In this document: positions 1-19,956 of the stretch, in pieces
Position numbering within the stretch: the first letter of the stretch is position 1
Layout of the letters: each line of letters begins with the position of its first letter
From: the human T2T-CHM13v2.0 reference genome, Homo sapiens
Length of the DNA: 64,000 bases
Strand: one strand, 5' to 3'
Assembly (NCBI RefSeq): GCF_009914755.1
Contig: NC_060930.1
The notes under the pieces: generated by a model
Databases searched by the model: none
Told to the model about the DNA's origin: nothing
Seen by the model: only the letters and a program-made list of their open reading frames with translations
Program-made: the position numbers and the translations under genes

Positions 1-489
1 GCCAGAGTTAGCTACTCTGCCAACAAGCCCCCGGCATGCCGTACAAACTGTTCCCTCAAAGTTTAATTTTCAAATTATAGTTTCCTATTAACTCTGTATT
101 CTTGGTGAGATGTTAAGCTTATGTGATGATGGCAAAACCCAAATTTCTGTATCCCCAATTTGTGGCCCAGTGTTTTGTGCAAGATGGATGGGCACTCAAT
201 ATTTGCTGAACGGACAAATAACATTCAATCAGTAAACAGCTATGAGGAAGGTGCAGACTCTGAACTGGATTCTGTCACAGCTTCACTTTCCCACAGAAAC
301 AGGTCTGCCTGATTAAACTACTGACACACTGTAGATCAGACAGCTCTCTCACAAGCCACTGGACACTCTTCTCTAGAGGGGGATGCTTTGCAAAGACATC
401 TCAATTCCTTGATGGGTTAGCACAGCCAGGCAGAGGAGAATGTCTGATACAACTAAAGCAGCTGTTATCATTCACAGGGAATCTGGTTG

Positions 490-1000
490 GGTCAAAATTC
501 TTAATTGCAGACAACAGAATCCAACTTGATTAGTTTAAGATAATGATTTATTAAGGGATAAAAATAGTTTACAGAATCACTAGGAGAGCTCAAGAAACAC
601 AGGCCAAGGTTCCAAGAACAATTCTTAAAACCACATTGCAGAACTGGACTGCCAAGGGAGTTGCTGTCTCTGGGGTGGATCAGGAAGATGCCAAATAAAA
701 GCCACCAGCCAAATCAGGAAGTTAACACTATAGCTGCCAATTCCAAAACCATTATCTCCTTTGTCTAAATGTGTGCCACCAAAACAGATGGGCCTGCTGC
801 TCTCAGAACACGCCCTCCTTGTGACTAAAGCAATCTTGTTCAAGTGCTTTGTATTGGGGATATCTAAATATCATCAAGGAGACTTAGTTGCATTCCTTAC
901 CTGAGTTTAGGAAAAGTGCTTTTTAACTTTCTAGTCTCTCCATGTCAGAAGAGTATTGGAATGGGTGTGGAGACCACCAAACCACAGTCCATCCCTCAAA
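490..1000 (-). mobile_element. MLT1-type MaLR LTR remnant
   Basis: ttaattgcagacaacagaatccaact... resembles an MLT1 terminus; degenerate. Confidence 0.5.
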
Positions 1001-1074
1001 GAGCATTTCTCTCCACAAGATCCATCAGGAGAAATTCTCAGAACACTCACTGGTAACAATTCAATACTCTACTG

Positions 1075-1222
1075 CAGTAGTATCTCAAAATCACCAGAGG
1101 TCCTATTAAAATCAGATTCTGATACAGTAGATCTGGGTTGGGGTCTGAGATTTTCCATTTCTAACAAGCTCCTGGCTGATGCTGATGTTGCTGGTCCATC
1201 AATTACACTCTGAGTAGCAAGA
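1075..1222. mobile_element. MER5A hAT MITE
   Basis: gattctgatacagtagatctggg...catttctaacaagctcc...gctggtcca...ctctgagtagcaag. Confidence 0.8.
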
Positions 1223-1230
1223 GCTTAAAC

Positions 1231-1382
1231 CAGGGATTATCTATGGTTCACCACCGTTTTTATAAATAAGGCTTCACTGGAACATAGCCAGGCCCATTTG
1301 TTTATGTATTGTACTGTCTATGGCTACTTTTGCCCTATAATGGCAGAGTTAAATAGCTGTGACAGAGATTGTATGGCCTGTA
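1231..1382. mobile_element. MER58A hAT MITE (partial)
   Basis: aaataaggcttcactggaacatagcca...tgtctatggctac...ggcagagttaaatagctgtgacagaga. Confidence 0.75.
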
Positions 1383-1577
1383 TAATAAATTTTTTCTCAC
1401 TCTAAAATTACATATTATCTATCCATTCTTTTTTAGAGTAAACATATATTGGCACATTCCAATGTAAGCTAAATTTCTAACAAAATAAACATTTTATCTT
1501 CTCTTATTGGCCATGCTTTTAAATTGCTTTAAAGTCTAAGAGGTTTCTCAAAGTCAAATCCTAGACGGTGACGGCTT

Positions 1578-1975
1578 AGTAGTTTAAACATGGAACCGAC
1601 ATTCCCTTTGCCAGGAAGTTTAAGCATAAGCATACAAAGCAACTCTGAAACACCGACATAAAGAGTCTGCTGGGGGACCCTTTGGGGAAAATTTCTTTTC
1701 TCTCAAATAAAGAGACCCATGAGGTGAAACTGTGTGTCCTGCATTTGAAAAGAATGTGTAAGGATAGAGCTGTGATAACCATCTTGTCACTACAAGGAGA
1801 CAAGCCCGCAAACAAAAGCCAAGGATGGCAGAAGAGAAAGAAGGGAAGCACTTGGGCTCTTAATACTGCTGAGTCAGCCAACCTGGGACTTCTTATTATG
1901 CGATATAATAAGCCTGTTACAGAACAGTAAGGGGCATAATATTATTTTCAGCTGCATACATCCTAAGTGGTAGAG
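1578..1975 (+). mobile_element. MLT1J-like LTR remnant
   Basis: gagtctgctgggggaccctttggggaaaatttcttttctc and ctgggacttcttattatgcgatataata. Confidence 0.5.
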
Positions 1976-3492
1976 TGATACATAATTCACAAAGGACATT
2001 CATACTCATGTTCTCGTTTGAACCTCATATTCCCCTCCCCTCCCTCCATGATGGAGTAAAAAGGAAGATATTCAAATGAAGGACAAAAGTCCAGGGTGTT
2101 TAAAGTTATTTTCTCATAGGTCACGCAGCTATTAACTGACAGTAACAGAAACCAGGATTCCCACGTCAATGTTCTTTTCATTACACCCTCTCTTGATTCC
2201 ATTTGGTTCTACCCGGGTTAGCCTCCTTACCACCCACTGTAAGAATGCCTTCTCACATCCTCTCTGTCAATGTTTATCACTTTCTATACTCTGACAATTT
2301 CCATTTAGGGTATTTCTTCAGCATCTGCATTGTTCCAACCATTGTTCCATCTATCAAAGAAGCATGTATTAATTACTTTCTGTTCACCTAGCTGTGTACT
2401 AGGCATGGAAAGTAAGGATTTTTGATGGGAAACGTGATTTTTGCCCTCAGAGAGAACAATCTAGTTATGGGTATAAGATAGATGCTACAATGAGAGTGAC
2501 ATAAGCCAATGTAAGTGTAGGAATTCAGAGTGAGGAAAGAATTCCTTGGATATTCCAAGGGTAAGATTATTCTAAGAGCACTTCATCAAAAGCTGGATCC
2601 AAAAGAAACATAGGAATTAGACTTGTTGTAAGTGCTTTTTTATATGTTCTTAGAATCAATCTTATATTCCCTCTGGAACAAGGAAATGGATTTCAAAAGC
2701 ACTACCTATGTGGCCAGGGCGAGTAAACTGGGGCGATAAAGCTTACACAACTGAGTTATGAGTCCTAAATGAGATAACAAGAAAAGCAGAGCATGGTGTC
2801 ACCACAAGAGGCTATGGAAAAATAATAGTTCGTTTCTCTGGGTTTTCAATTGCAATCTGTTTCTCAGTTTCCCCCAGGCTGTAAATTCTTGAAATAAGAG
2901 AACTAAGAGTCCATGACTTTACTTCTTTTATTTATTCTGGAGTATCTAGTAGGATATCATGGCCCAGGAACTCAACACATGTATGTGGAACATCATGTGA
3001 CTAAATAAAAAAGAAGATACTATTCTCTCTCAAGTTGTACCATTAACAGTATCTGGCTAACATAATCACTCCTTTAGCCACAGTTCCATGGCTAGGATGC
3101 AGTAAGCACAGGAAAACAAGGGCCTCCTCCAAAGCTTAATGACAATGAGTCATTTATACTAATGCTGCCTGTTCCTCTTACTCCTTAGAGGTCAGGAACT
3201 ATTTGCTTCTTGATTTTGTGCCACAGGTAACAGGCAGTGTTGGAAGAAATCCATGGGAAGTAACAAAAGTCTGGCATAAAAAGTCATGGGAAGTCTGGCA
3301 CAGAGTGCCGGTTAACATTACCATGTCACAACTCCATCACCCGGTAATAAAGGAGGGACCGGATAACCATTCATTGCCCTTTTTCTGTGACTGTATATTT
3401 ATTCAGTGAGTGCTGACATATTAAAGAACTACACAGATAGGACAGGTTCATGATGACGAGGCACAGCTGTGCCCTCTCTTCTCCATGCATAC

Positions 3493-3603
3493 CTCCTCAC
3501 AGACTTCACGAACTGCTGCCACACTTGGCTCCTCCTCGGGCTCCATGCCTCCTCCAGGGACAATCCATCTGTCTGGATGGCGACTACTGCTCACGAGTAG
3601 CAC
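3493..3603 (-). CDS. NUDT3: NUDT3 coding exon 2 (VLLVSSSRHPDRWIVPGGGMEPEEEPSVAAVREVCEE), 111 nt, most of the Nudix box
   Basis: Read manually on the minus strand; acceptor ttaacAG (plus ct 3604-3605), donor GAG|GTATGC (plus gcatac 3487-3492); in frame with exon 1; contains Gx5Ex7REUxEE of the Nudix motif. Confidence 0.96.
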
Positions 3604-4894
3604 CTGTTAAGTCACAAAGGTTGCATGGGGGGGTTAAAAATTCAAAGACACATCCACACAAATTCAGAGTTTAAACACCACAAACATCAAAGTAACCAAG
3701 ACCCATTCTTTGTTTATGCCTTCCCAAATCACTTCTTGCAAAGTAGCTTTCGTTTCTATTTGAAAAAGTAGGCATCAGCTAGTAAAAGCAGAAGGGCATC
3801 TGAAGGCCATTATCTCTACACTCCCCTCAGATGCTCAATCACCTGCTCTATTTATCCCCTCCTTGTTCCTTTTGCTAGAGCCCTTTGAACACAGACCTGA
3901 CAAGGTGAATAGAAGACTTCAAAAAAAAAAAAAAAAAAAAAAAAAGAGGATTGTCACTGATGAGCCTGTCAGCACTGAAAAAGCTGGCCAGAAGACAAAA
4001 GGCCCTTGGCCATGATTGCCATCATGGTCCAACACTTTCCCTCCAAGTTTCTCACCCATGAACTGGGAGCTGTATCCCAGTTCCTGCTCCATCAGATGGC
4101 CACAGGCCAATACAATACACCACCCTAGACTCTAAGGGACCCTAATTCTCTTGGCCACATGAGAAGTAGAAAAATTCCTTTCATCACATTTTCAGCTAAA
4201 CTAAAACTGGACTTTTTTAAAAGACTTAGCCAGCATTCTGGTCAGAGTTGAAATAAAAATCTAGAATTTGCCTAGTTCCTTTTCCTTACTTACCCCTCTC
4301 TGTAGGAAAGATGCTAAACAAAGTCAGTTAGACTCCCTGTTTGGAGGCTGAGTTGAGTTGGCATTATTTCCAAAACTAAAGGAATCTTCAACTGCTCCCT
4401 AAACCATTACTTTCTGATGATGACCTGTGAGCCTACAAACCAAACTCTGCAACCATCCTTGTTGCCTCAAATGAAATGCTACTTCCTTCTCTGGCCCTTA
4501 TAGATTCCACCACTGCCTTCTAGTTACTAACATTCCAGTCATCCCCAGCCTCTTCCCTGAGGTCTCTGCAGCTATGGACCCTTGGAAACTCTACCTTCAT
4601 CCTCAGTCCCTCTTGTTCCTGTCATAAGAGATTCTTCTGATGCTCATCTACAAAATATGTGATCTGTAGATTCAGAGAAGATCATGGTGTTATGGGAAGG
4701 AAATCCATGAATCCATACTCAGTCACTAATATATAGGCCATGGACTGAAAACTTGTCTTAAACTTACAAGTACTATTTTTCAAATATATTTATAAGCTCT
4801 GCTTTGATTAATACAATGTGAAATAATTTAAAATACTATGAAATCCACAGTAGTTTTTGGTTGATATGTATATATACTCAGTTAAAAGATACTA

Positions 4895-5185
<291 letters not shown>

Positions 5186-5194
5186 TCCTCTCAT

Positions 5195-7823
<2,629 letters not shown>

Positions 7824-8399
7824 TAATTCGAATTACAAGGTTAAAAAAAAAGGCCTCCAAAGACTGTAGACAAAAGCATTTAAGTCATATTTATCCAACT
7901 ACAAAAAGATTCAAGAAGAAAAAGTAGTAAAATGGGTTAATCCTCCAGTGACTTGTTGTATAAATAACAACACGTAGTCTTTCTTCCCTTACTTCCCGGT
8001 AAAGTGTTTGCCAGCCATTATAAACCTAAGCATTGCTTCAAAGGCTGACTAAGGCCATCCAATGAAGTTACAGTCCAAAAGAAAAACCTTTACAGGAATA
8101 TTTCAAAGATAAAGCAAAGAAAAGGAAACCTCTGACAAAAGATAAGCATTCAATTTCTAAATTTCAATCAATGTGAAATACTAATTAGTAAATCTAGCAA
8201 GTGTTATTGCTTTGCACAGTCAGCCATGACTATATGAACTAGGACTACAATAATGAGGCTGAAGGAAGCAAGCCTCATTAGTTTGTAGCCACACTTCAAA
8301 GCAAACACTGTTACTGGTAAATAGCTCTCCTCGGTAAGTTTCCTTGACAACCTATTGAAAATTTACTACAAAAAAAAAAAAAGTTTCTGTTTCTGCTTT

Positions 8400-10790
<2,391 letters not shown>

Positions 10791-11439
10791 AAAACCCAAT
10801 TTGAGTTTTAGAAAGGTTACTTTGACATATGTTGGAGATGGGACAGCATGCTAATGGAGCAGGTTCCTGCAGTAATTCAGGTTGAGAAATGATTAAGACA
10901 GTAGGAGGCAGAAGTAGAAGGAAGTGATAGGTTTCCAGATACATAGAAAGAAGAGTCTATAAGACCAAGTGACTGACAGGACGTGGGAATATGACTCCTT
11001 GGATATGGGCTGGGTCAATGGTGTAGCAGCCTTCCAAGGAGAATATGGAGGCGTCAGTGGAGGAGGGAACCACAGGGAGGAGTTGTGAAATCATCCTCTG
11101 AACATATGAATTTGAGGGTTCAGTGAGACATCTAATGAGTATTTCTAGTGAGAAATTATATGAATGTGGGACTGGAGTTAAGAGGGAAACCGACGGTGAT
11201 TTTGGAAACAATGGTATCAGAATCTTCCAGCCAGAATGAGACTAACGGAAGGGGAACATGGGCATTTGCAAAGCTCTGGCCAGAGGATCTGACCCCTTTC
11301 TCCCTATCCACCCACTATCCACCTTGGTATCAGACAAGTCTCCATTCCTACTGCCAAGGGTATAGTGGGCATAGATATACTCCAGAGATCCTAGGTTAAA
11401 GTTCTGGAAATACTCTCCTTAAATAAATTAGATTATCTA

Positions 11440-11745
11440 GGCCAGGCACGGTGGCTCACGCCTGTAATCCCAGCACTTTGGGAGGCTGAGGCGGGCGGAT
11501 CACAAGGTCAGGAGATCGAGACCATCCTGGTTAAAACGGTGAAACCCCGTCTCTACTAAAAACACAAAAAATGAGCCAGGCGTGGTAGCGGGTGCCTGTA
11601 GTCCCAGCTACTCGGGAGGCTAGGCAGGAGAATGGCGTGAATCCGGGGGGTGGAGCTTGCAGTGAGCCGAGATCGCGCCACTGCACTCCAGCCTGGGCGA
11701 CAGAGCGAAACTCCGTCTCAAAAAAAAAGAAAAAAAAGAAAAGAA
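11440..11745 (+). mobile_element. AluY-like
   Basis: gagatcgagaccatcctgg and gaatggcgtgaa diagnostics; TSD aaattagattatcta. Confidence 0.92.
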
Positions 11746-12827
11746 ATTAGATTATCTATGGTGATAATCTATGCCATAGGAAATCTTGATTAACAAACTA
11801 CATGACTGGACATATTACTGATTTCTGGAGAATCAGTTGCATACAGTAAAGCACTCAACATGATCTTGTTTCCAACAATGCAATTCCCTTGACATCTGAC
11901 AAGCCCCTTAGCACTGCCAATACTGCCAGAGTGCTCTGCTGGTACCCCAGATGGCACCAGGACCAGATCCTATCAAATTTGTGATATGCTCTGCAAATTG
12001 CATCTTCAGATGAGCCCTTTAAATAATTTATGTGTCCCTTCATAAAAATAAGGCCAAGATGAAAGTGAGTAATTATCTGTACTTGTTTGGATTCCAGATA
12101 AATGGACGTATACTATATTTTACACAGTGTTTTAAAGAACAGCTGTCACAAAGTCTTGTGCATGATGATCCCATAAAATGTTTAAAAGATGAGTAAAGCT
12201 GAGTATGAGGTTAAATAACTTGCTGAAAGTAAATCAATAAATTATCACAGGGCCAAGCACAGAAGTTTCAGTTTCTAGAGCTTTAAAGCCATTCTACTAT
12301 TTTTAATAGTTATTTTAAAAATTTAAAACTATTTTTTTTAGCTACAGAGGAACTAAAAAAAATGCTAAAAGGAGGAACCCCTAGACATAAACAGTCAATT
12401 TACAAAATGCCTTATAAACATTGCTTCACCTTAGTTAGCTTATCAGGCTGCTTATTTAATCAAAGAGGAAATTCCCTGCCTAGTACAAAGAAACACCATA
12501 CTGTGCTATGAACAGATATTCTGACAGTTTTTATCTTGGGAGCAACAAGATTATTTTAAGAACAATATGAAAAGGTTTCCACAGATACAAACTATTACAC
12601 AGATATCGGCGCCAGGCGCAGTGGCTCACATCTGTAATCTCAACACTTTGGGATGCGCACTGACAGAAATTTAAAAAAGGAAAAAAGAACACTTTGGTGG
12701 CCAGGCGCGGTGGCTCACCCCTGTAATCCCAGCACTCTGGGAGGCTGAGGTGGGGGTATCACTTGAGCCTAGGAGTTTCAGACCAGCCTGGGCAACACAT
12801 TGAGACCTCGTCTCTACACTCCCCTGC

Positions 12828-12829
<2 letters not shown>

Positions 12830-12887
<58 letters not shown>
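12830..12887 (+). repeat. A58 homopolymer
   Basis: Direct count. Confidence 0.95.
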
Positions 12888-12888
<1 letters not shown>

Positions 12889-13292
12889 ACTTTGGGAGGC
12901 CAAGATGGGAAGATCTTTTGAGGCCAGGCGTTCAAGACCAGTCTGGGCAATATGGAGAGACCTGTCTCTACAAAAAAAATTAGCCAGACCTAGTGGCTGG
13001 CTGAGGCAGGAGGATCATCTGAGCTCAGGAGATTGAGATTACAGTGAGCTATGATTGTGCACTGCACTCCATCCTAGGCAATAAGGCAAGACCATGTCTT
13101 TAAAAAAAAAAAAATTAGAGGGCCAGGCGCGGTGGCTCATGCCTGTAATCCTAGCACTTTGGGAGGCCAAGGCGGGCATGTCACCTGAGGTCAGGAGTTC
13201 GAGACCAGCCTGGCCAACATGGTGAAACCCTGACTCTACTAAAAATACAAAAATTAGCTGGGCGTGGTCGTGGGCGCTTGTAATCCCAGCTA

Positions 13293-13388
<96 letters not shown>

Positions 13389-15204
13389 TCAAACTCTGTC
13401 TCAAAAAAAAAAAAAAAAAAAAAGAAATAGAAAAAATATACATACACACAGATGTATCATTCTTAAGTGAGTCCCCAGGGTGTACAGAGATTGCCTCTGT
13501 ACAGTGCAATTGGCAGTGCTAAGGATGAGGTGCTTTACTTTAAAACCTTGAGTATGGCTTGAATATTTTAGAACAAATATTTAAGATGTATAAATGGAGG
13601 TGGGCATGGTGGCTCACACCTGTAATCCCAGCACTGTGGGAGCCCAGGAGTTCAAGACCCACATGGGCAACATGGCGAGGTCCTGTCTCCACAAAAAAAA
13701 CAAAAAACAAAAAAAAACTTATAATTGGCCAAGAAGAATCCCAAACATTATTTCCTAGGAAAATTCTGAAAGCCAAATAAAGTGAATGAAATATTTAAAA
13801 TGCTCCAGTTTCTTTAGGTTATTTTATTATATCATTATTTTTTGAGACAGGGTCTCACTCTGTCGCCCATGCTGGACTGCACTGGTGCCATCTTGGCTCA
13901 CTGCAGCCTCAACTTCCCGGGCTCAAGCAATCCTCTCAACACCCCCCACCCACTCCAGCAGCTGGGACTACAGGTGTGCACCACCACACCTGGGTAATTT
14001 TTGCATTATTTGTAGAGACAGGGTTTCACCGCGTTCCACAGGCTGGTCTCAAACTCCTGAGCTCAAACAATCCATCTGTTTCAGCCTCTCAAAGTGCTGG
14101 AATTACAGGCATGAGCCACCATCCCTGGGCCTTGAGCTTATTTTAATAAACAAAGCCACAGCAACATTTCCTGACATCCATGAATTGCATAACTTTCCCA
14201 CAGTCTTAGAACTACAGGAATACACTGTAAAATCCCTGCTCATCAATATGCTGATTTTGCCAAGCCATGTACCAAATGATAGCCTCCATAATACATGCTC
14301 AAACAGAAGACATTCACTGTAAACTCAAGGGCAGGTATTGTGTTCCCAAGGTAGCATGAACTTATTAACCACAATTCAGTCTAATTTAAGATGTCAAAGT
14401 TTAAACCACAAATGTACACTGTCATCTTTATAGAGGAGGACAGTCAGGAGACTTTGGGTTACAGGTCTGCCTCTGACACCAGTCACATAAATGCAATGAA
14501 AAAATTATCTCTCTCTAGACTTCAGCTTTTTTAGTTTTAAAATGAGATGGTCCAAATCTAAAATTCTTTCAGCATTAATATTCTGTTGTTCTAAACTGAT
14601 AGAGGTATATGTGTCTAGAATTCGTCTTCCTAATTCTACTCTTTTCAAACATCTATTTTTTTAATAGTACATAATGTATATATTCAAAGGGTATAAAAAA
14701 ACATAATGAAAAGCAAGCCTTTTCTCTTAACTCTGTCCCAAGAGGCACTTCTTGTGAAGACTTCTAGAGATATTCTAACATATGAGTATAAACAAATACA
14801 TATTTATTCTTTTCTTTCCCCTTTGTCAACCCCAATAGTAACCCATTATACACATTGTTCTACTTTGCCTTTTCACTTAAATCCTGGAGATCATTTTATC
14901 AGTACATTCTGAGAGCCCCTTCCTTTTTTTAAATAACCACAGGGTATGTTTTTAAAACTTATTATTTGTTATACACAAATTTCAAACATGCATAAAAGCA
15001 GAGAGAAAATATAATGAATTCCTAAGTAGTCACTGTCCAGCTTCAATAACTATCAATGTTTGCCAATCTTGTTTTACTTACCTATACACAACTCCCAAGT
15101 ATTTTTTTTTTTTTTTTTTGAGACAAGAGTCTTGTTCACTACAACCTCCAACTCCGGGGTTCAAACGATTCTCTTACCTCAGCCTCCCGAGTAGCTGGGA
15201 TTAA

Positions 15205-15381
<177 letters not shown>

Positions 15382-15574
15382 TAAGACAGGATCTCGTTCT
15401 GTCACCCAGGCTGGAGTGCAGTGGTGCATCATAGCTCACTGAAGCCTTGACCTCCCGGGTTCAGGCAATCCTCCCACCTCAGCCTCCTGAGTGGCTGGGA
15501 CTACAGGCGCCTGCTACCATACCCGGCTAATACTTGTTTGTAGAGACAGGGTTTCGCCATGTTGCCCAGGCTAG

Positions 15575-15979
<405 letters not shown>

Positions 15980-16008
15980 TGAGGCTGCAGTGCTCTATGA
16001 TCATCCTA

Positions 16009-16539
<531 letters not shown>

Positions 16540-16540
<1 letters not shown>

Positions 16541-18060
16541 GCCATACTAAATTCACTTATTTGTTCATTTGTTCTAGTAGCTTTTTGGTGGATTCCTTAG
16601 GATTTTCTATATAGATGATCATGTTAACAGCAAATAAAGATAGTTTTGCCTCTTCCCCTCTAATTTATATTTCTTTTATTTCTCATTCATGCCTTACTGA
16701 ACTGGCTGGGGCTTCCAGAATAATGTTGAATAGAAGTGGTAAGAGCAGACAACCTTATCTATTCCCAGTATTAGGAGGAATGTATTCATTATTTCAATAT
16801 TAAGTATGATATTAGCTGTTTGGGGTAGATGCCCTTTATTAGGTTAAGGAAGTTCCATTCCTAGTGCTGAGATTGTTTTTTAATTATTATTATAAATGGA
16901 CATTGGATTTTGTCAAATGCTTTTTCTGAATCTATTGATACGATGATATGGTGGTTCTTTTTTTTAGTCTGTCAGTGTGGTAAATTACACTGACCAGTTT
17001 TTAAATGTTAAACCAGCCTTGTATTTTTGGAATAAATCACAGTTAGTCACGATGTATTATTCTTTTGGTATATTGCTGGATGCAAGTTGCTAATGTCTAG
17101 TTTAGGGTTGGGGTCTCTGTTCACGAAGGATACAGTGTCTGATGTTCTCTTTTCTTGTAATGTACCATCTTGGTATCAAGGTAATACTGGCTTTATAAAA
17201 TAGGCAAACATTCCCTCTTCTTTTCTAAAAAATAAAGAAATTATACTTCTTTTATTTTCTAAAAAGTAAAGAAATTGTGTAGAATGATACTACTTCTTAA
17301 ATATCTTTAGAATTCACCAGCAAAGCCACCTGGCCCTACAGCTGTTTTTTTGGGGGGGTGGGGGGTGGGGGGAGGGTTTAACTACAAATTCAATTTCTTT
17401 AATAGACATAGGCTTATTTATTTATTCTTAAAGAAGCTTTAGTAGTTTGTATCTTTCAAGAAATTTGGATAAAAACTCAAGAGGAAAGGGTTTGGGGAAC
17501 TTCCAGATAGCTGAACATGTGAAGGTCCCTAGAGGGTGGTGTGCCCAGGGAAGGCATGGAAGCTCGGTCCCCTTCCCCCATACCTCCCCTATGCATCTCT
17601 TCATCTGTATCCTTTGCAATGTCCTTTATAATAAACCAGTAAACATAAGACCCTGTTTAGGAGTAGAATGGGACAATCTCAAGAGAGAAAGCATGACAGG
17701 AGCCACGAAGGGACTGTGTATTTTAAATGCAGGACACACAGTTCCTGGCTGTGTCTGTGATACTGGACATCTTAGGAACCAGATACTTAACAATGTAAGA
17801 AGGCCCTGGAAAGAAAGGATAAATGCCTGAGGTAATAGGTACCCCATTTACCCTGATGTTATTGTTACTCATAGTATGCCTATATCAAAATATCTTACGT
17901 ACCCACAAAAATTAAAAATTACATTTAAAAAAGAAATTTGCCCATTTCATTGAAAATACTGATTTGATTGCCTTATAGTTGTTCACAATATTCCCTTATT
18001 ATCCTTTCGATATCTGTAAAACCAATACTGATTCTTTCTACAGAATACTTTCATTCCTGA
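16540..18060 (-). mobile_element. Old L1M ORF2 fragment (host of the 17468-17930 insertion)
   Basis: Antisense L1-like sequence (atgttgaatagaagtggtaagagcagacaaccttatc). Confidence 0.75.
17468..17930 (+). mobile_element. Composite insertion: MER21-like LTR fragment, unique segment and L1MA/L1PB-like 3' end
   Basis: TSD AAGAAATTTG at 17458-17467 and 17931-17940, inside a minus-strand L1M. Confidence 0.7.
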
Positions 18061-18424
18061 TACGGCTGATTCCATGACCAACAGGAAATATACAATATAA
18101 GTCTAAAACATCTTGTCAAATCAGATACTGAAGAAGCTATCAAAACCCACTAGGACTGTATCAAAAGGATTCAGGAGTTAACTTGAAAAGGCTCACACTG
18201 GTCAAAAATGGGCCAGTAAGAATAACAGCAACAGACTAGAATATCAAATATATTTAAATCCATGAGTTTATACTAATAATTTTTAAGAAATAAAAACAGA
18301 ACTGGTAACCACTGAAGGATGCCAATGAACCAACTCACTAATTTGGGGAATAATGACAAACTGAGGGGGAAAAAAAAATCAATCATTTATTTTGTGTTTT
18401 CTATATAATTATTTTTAGGTATAA

Positions 18425-18619
<195 letters not shown>

Positions 18620-19917
18620 TAGTAGAAACAGGGTTTCACCGTGTTAGCCAGGATGGTCTCGATCTCCTGACCTCGTGATCCGCCTGCCTCGGCCTCCCAA
18701 AGTGCTGGGATTACAGGCGTGAACCACCACGCCCGGCCAAATTGTGGTTATTTTTTAAAGACAGTATTCTGTTTTAGAAGTACTTACTGAAAAATTACAG
18801 ATAAAATCATACAGTGTTTGAGATTTGACCCAAAATAATAGTGGAGGGGGAGGAGTGATTACGAATATACATCCTACAAAATTGGCCACGAGCTGATAAC
18901 AGTTGAAGCTGACTGAGGAGTACATGGGGGTTCACTATACTATTCAGTCCACTTTGGGAGAGGTTTTAAGTTTTCCATAATAAAAGGTTTTTTTTTAGGC
19001 CAGGCATGGTGCCTCATGCCTGTAATCCTAGCACTTTGGGAGGCCAGGTGGACCGCTTGAGCCCAGGAGTTCCAGACCAGCCTGGACAACAGGGCAAAAC
19101 CTTATCTTTCTAAAAACTAAAAAATTAGCGGGGCATGGTAGTGAGCACCTGTAGTCTCAGCAATACTAGGGAGGCTGAGGTGGGAGGAGCGCCTGAGCCT
19201 GGGAGGCTGAGGCTGCAATGAGCCGTGATCATCCCACTATACTGCATCCTGGGTGACAGGGCAAGACCCTATATCCCCTGCACCCTGCAAAAAAAAAAAA
19301 AAATTTAATGCATTGGTTATTCTTAGCCATTTATACTTTCGTATATTTTAGAATGAATTTATTATTTTTTAAAAGAAACCTGCTGAGATTTTGATTAGTA
19401 TTATAAAACCAAATAGATTTCAGAAAAAACTGTATGTCTTCTAATCCATAAGCAAGGTATAGCTTTTCATTCATGTAGGTCCTTCAAATCTTTTCTTCTA
19501 TAACTTGAATTAGCATAATTAGAAGGTCCTGCCTCAGTCCAAGATTACAATGAAATTATCCCAGGTTTTCTTCTAGTAATTTATGACCGTAGTTTTTAAT
19601 GTTTGTACTTCCCATCTATGTAAAAATTATTCTGATTATAAATATGAGGAAAGAATCCAACTATACTTTTTTCCAGGTATTGCCAGTTGTTCCTATATGC
19701 ATTGAAGTCTACTTCTGGACTACCTATTCGGTTCTATTGATTCATTTGCCAATTCATGATCCAGCTTAGTAGTATTCTATTTTAAGTATCACAGTCTGCA
19801 ATATGGTTTCATGGGGCTAACATCACCATACTTGCCCTTCACTCTTCTTTTTCAGAGTTTTACTGGCTTTTCCTCCAAGGTTTCTTACCCATTTGAACTC
19901 AGAAACTGCATGAGTAG

Positions 19918-19956
<39 letters not shown>

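Larger units (their letters stand above)
1..3492 (-). other. NUDT3: NUDT3 intron 2 (5' part; continues beyond the window)
   Basis: Follows the exon 2 donor; no exon 3 recognised in the window. Confidence 0.85.

Noticed and set aside
13481-13503. 9-bp hairpin tgtacagag-attgc-ctctgtaca
   Set aside because: Too short for a miRNA precursor and plausible by chance in 64 kb
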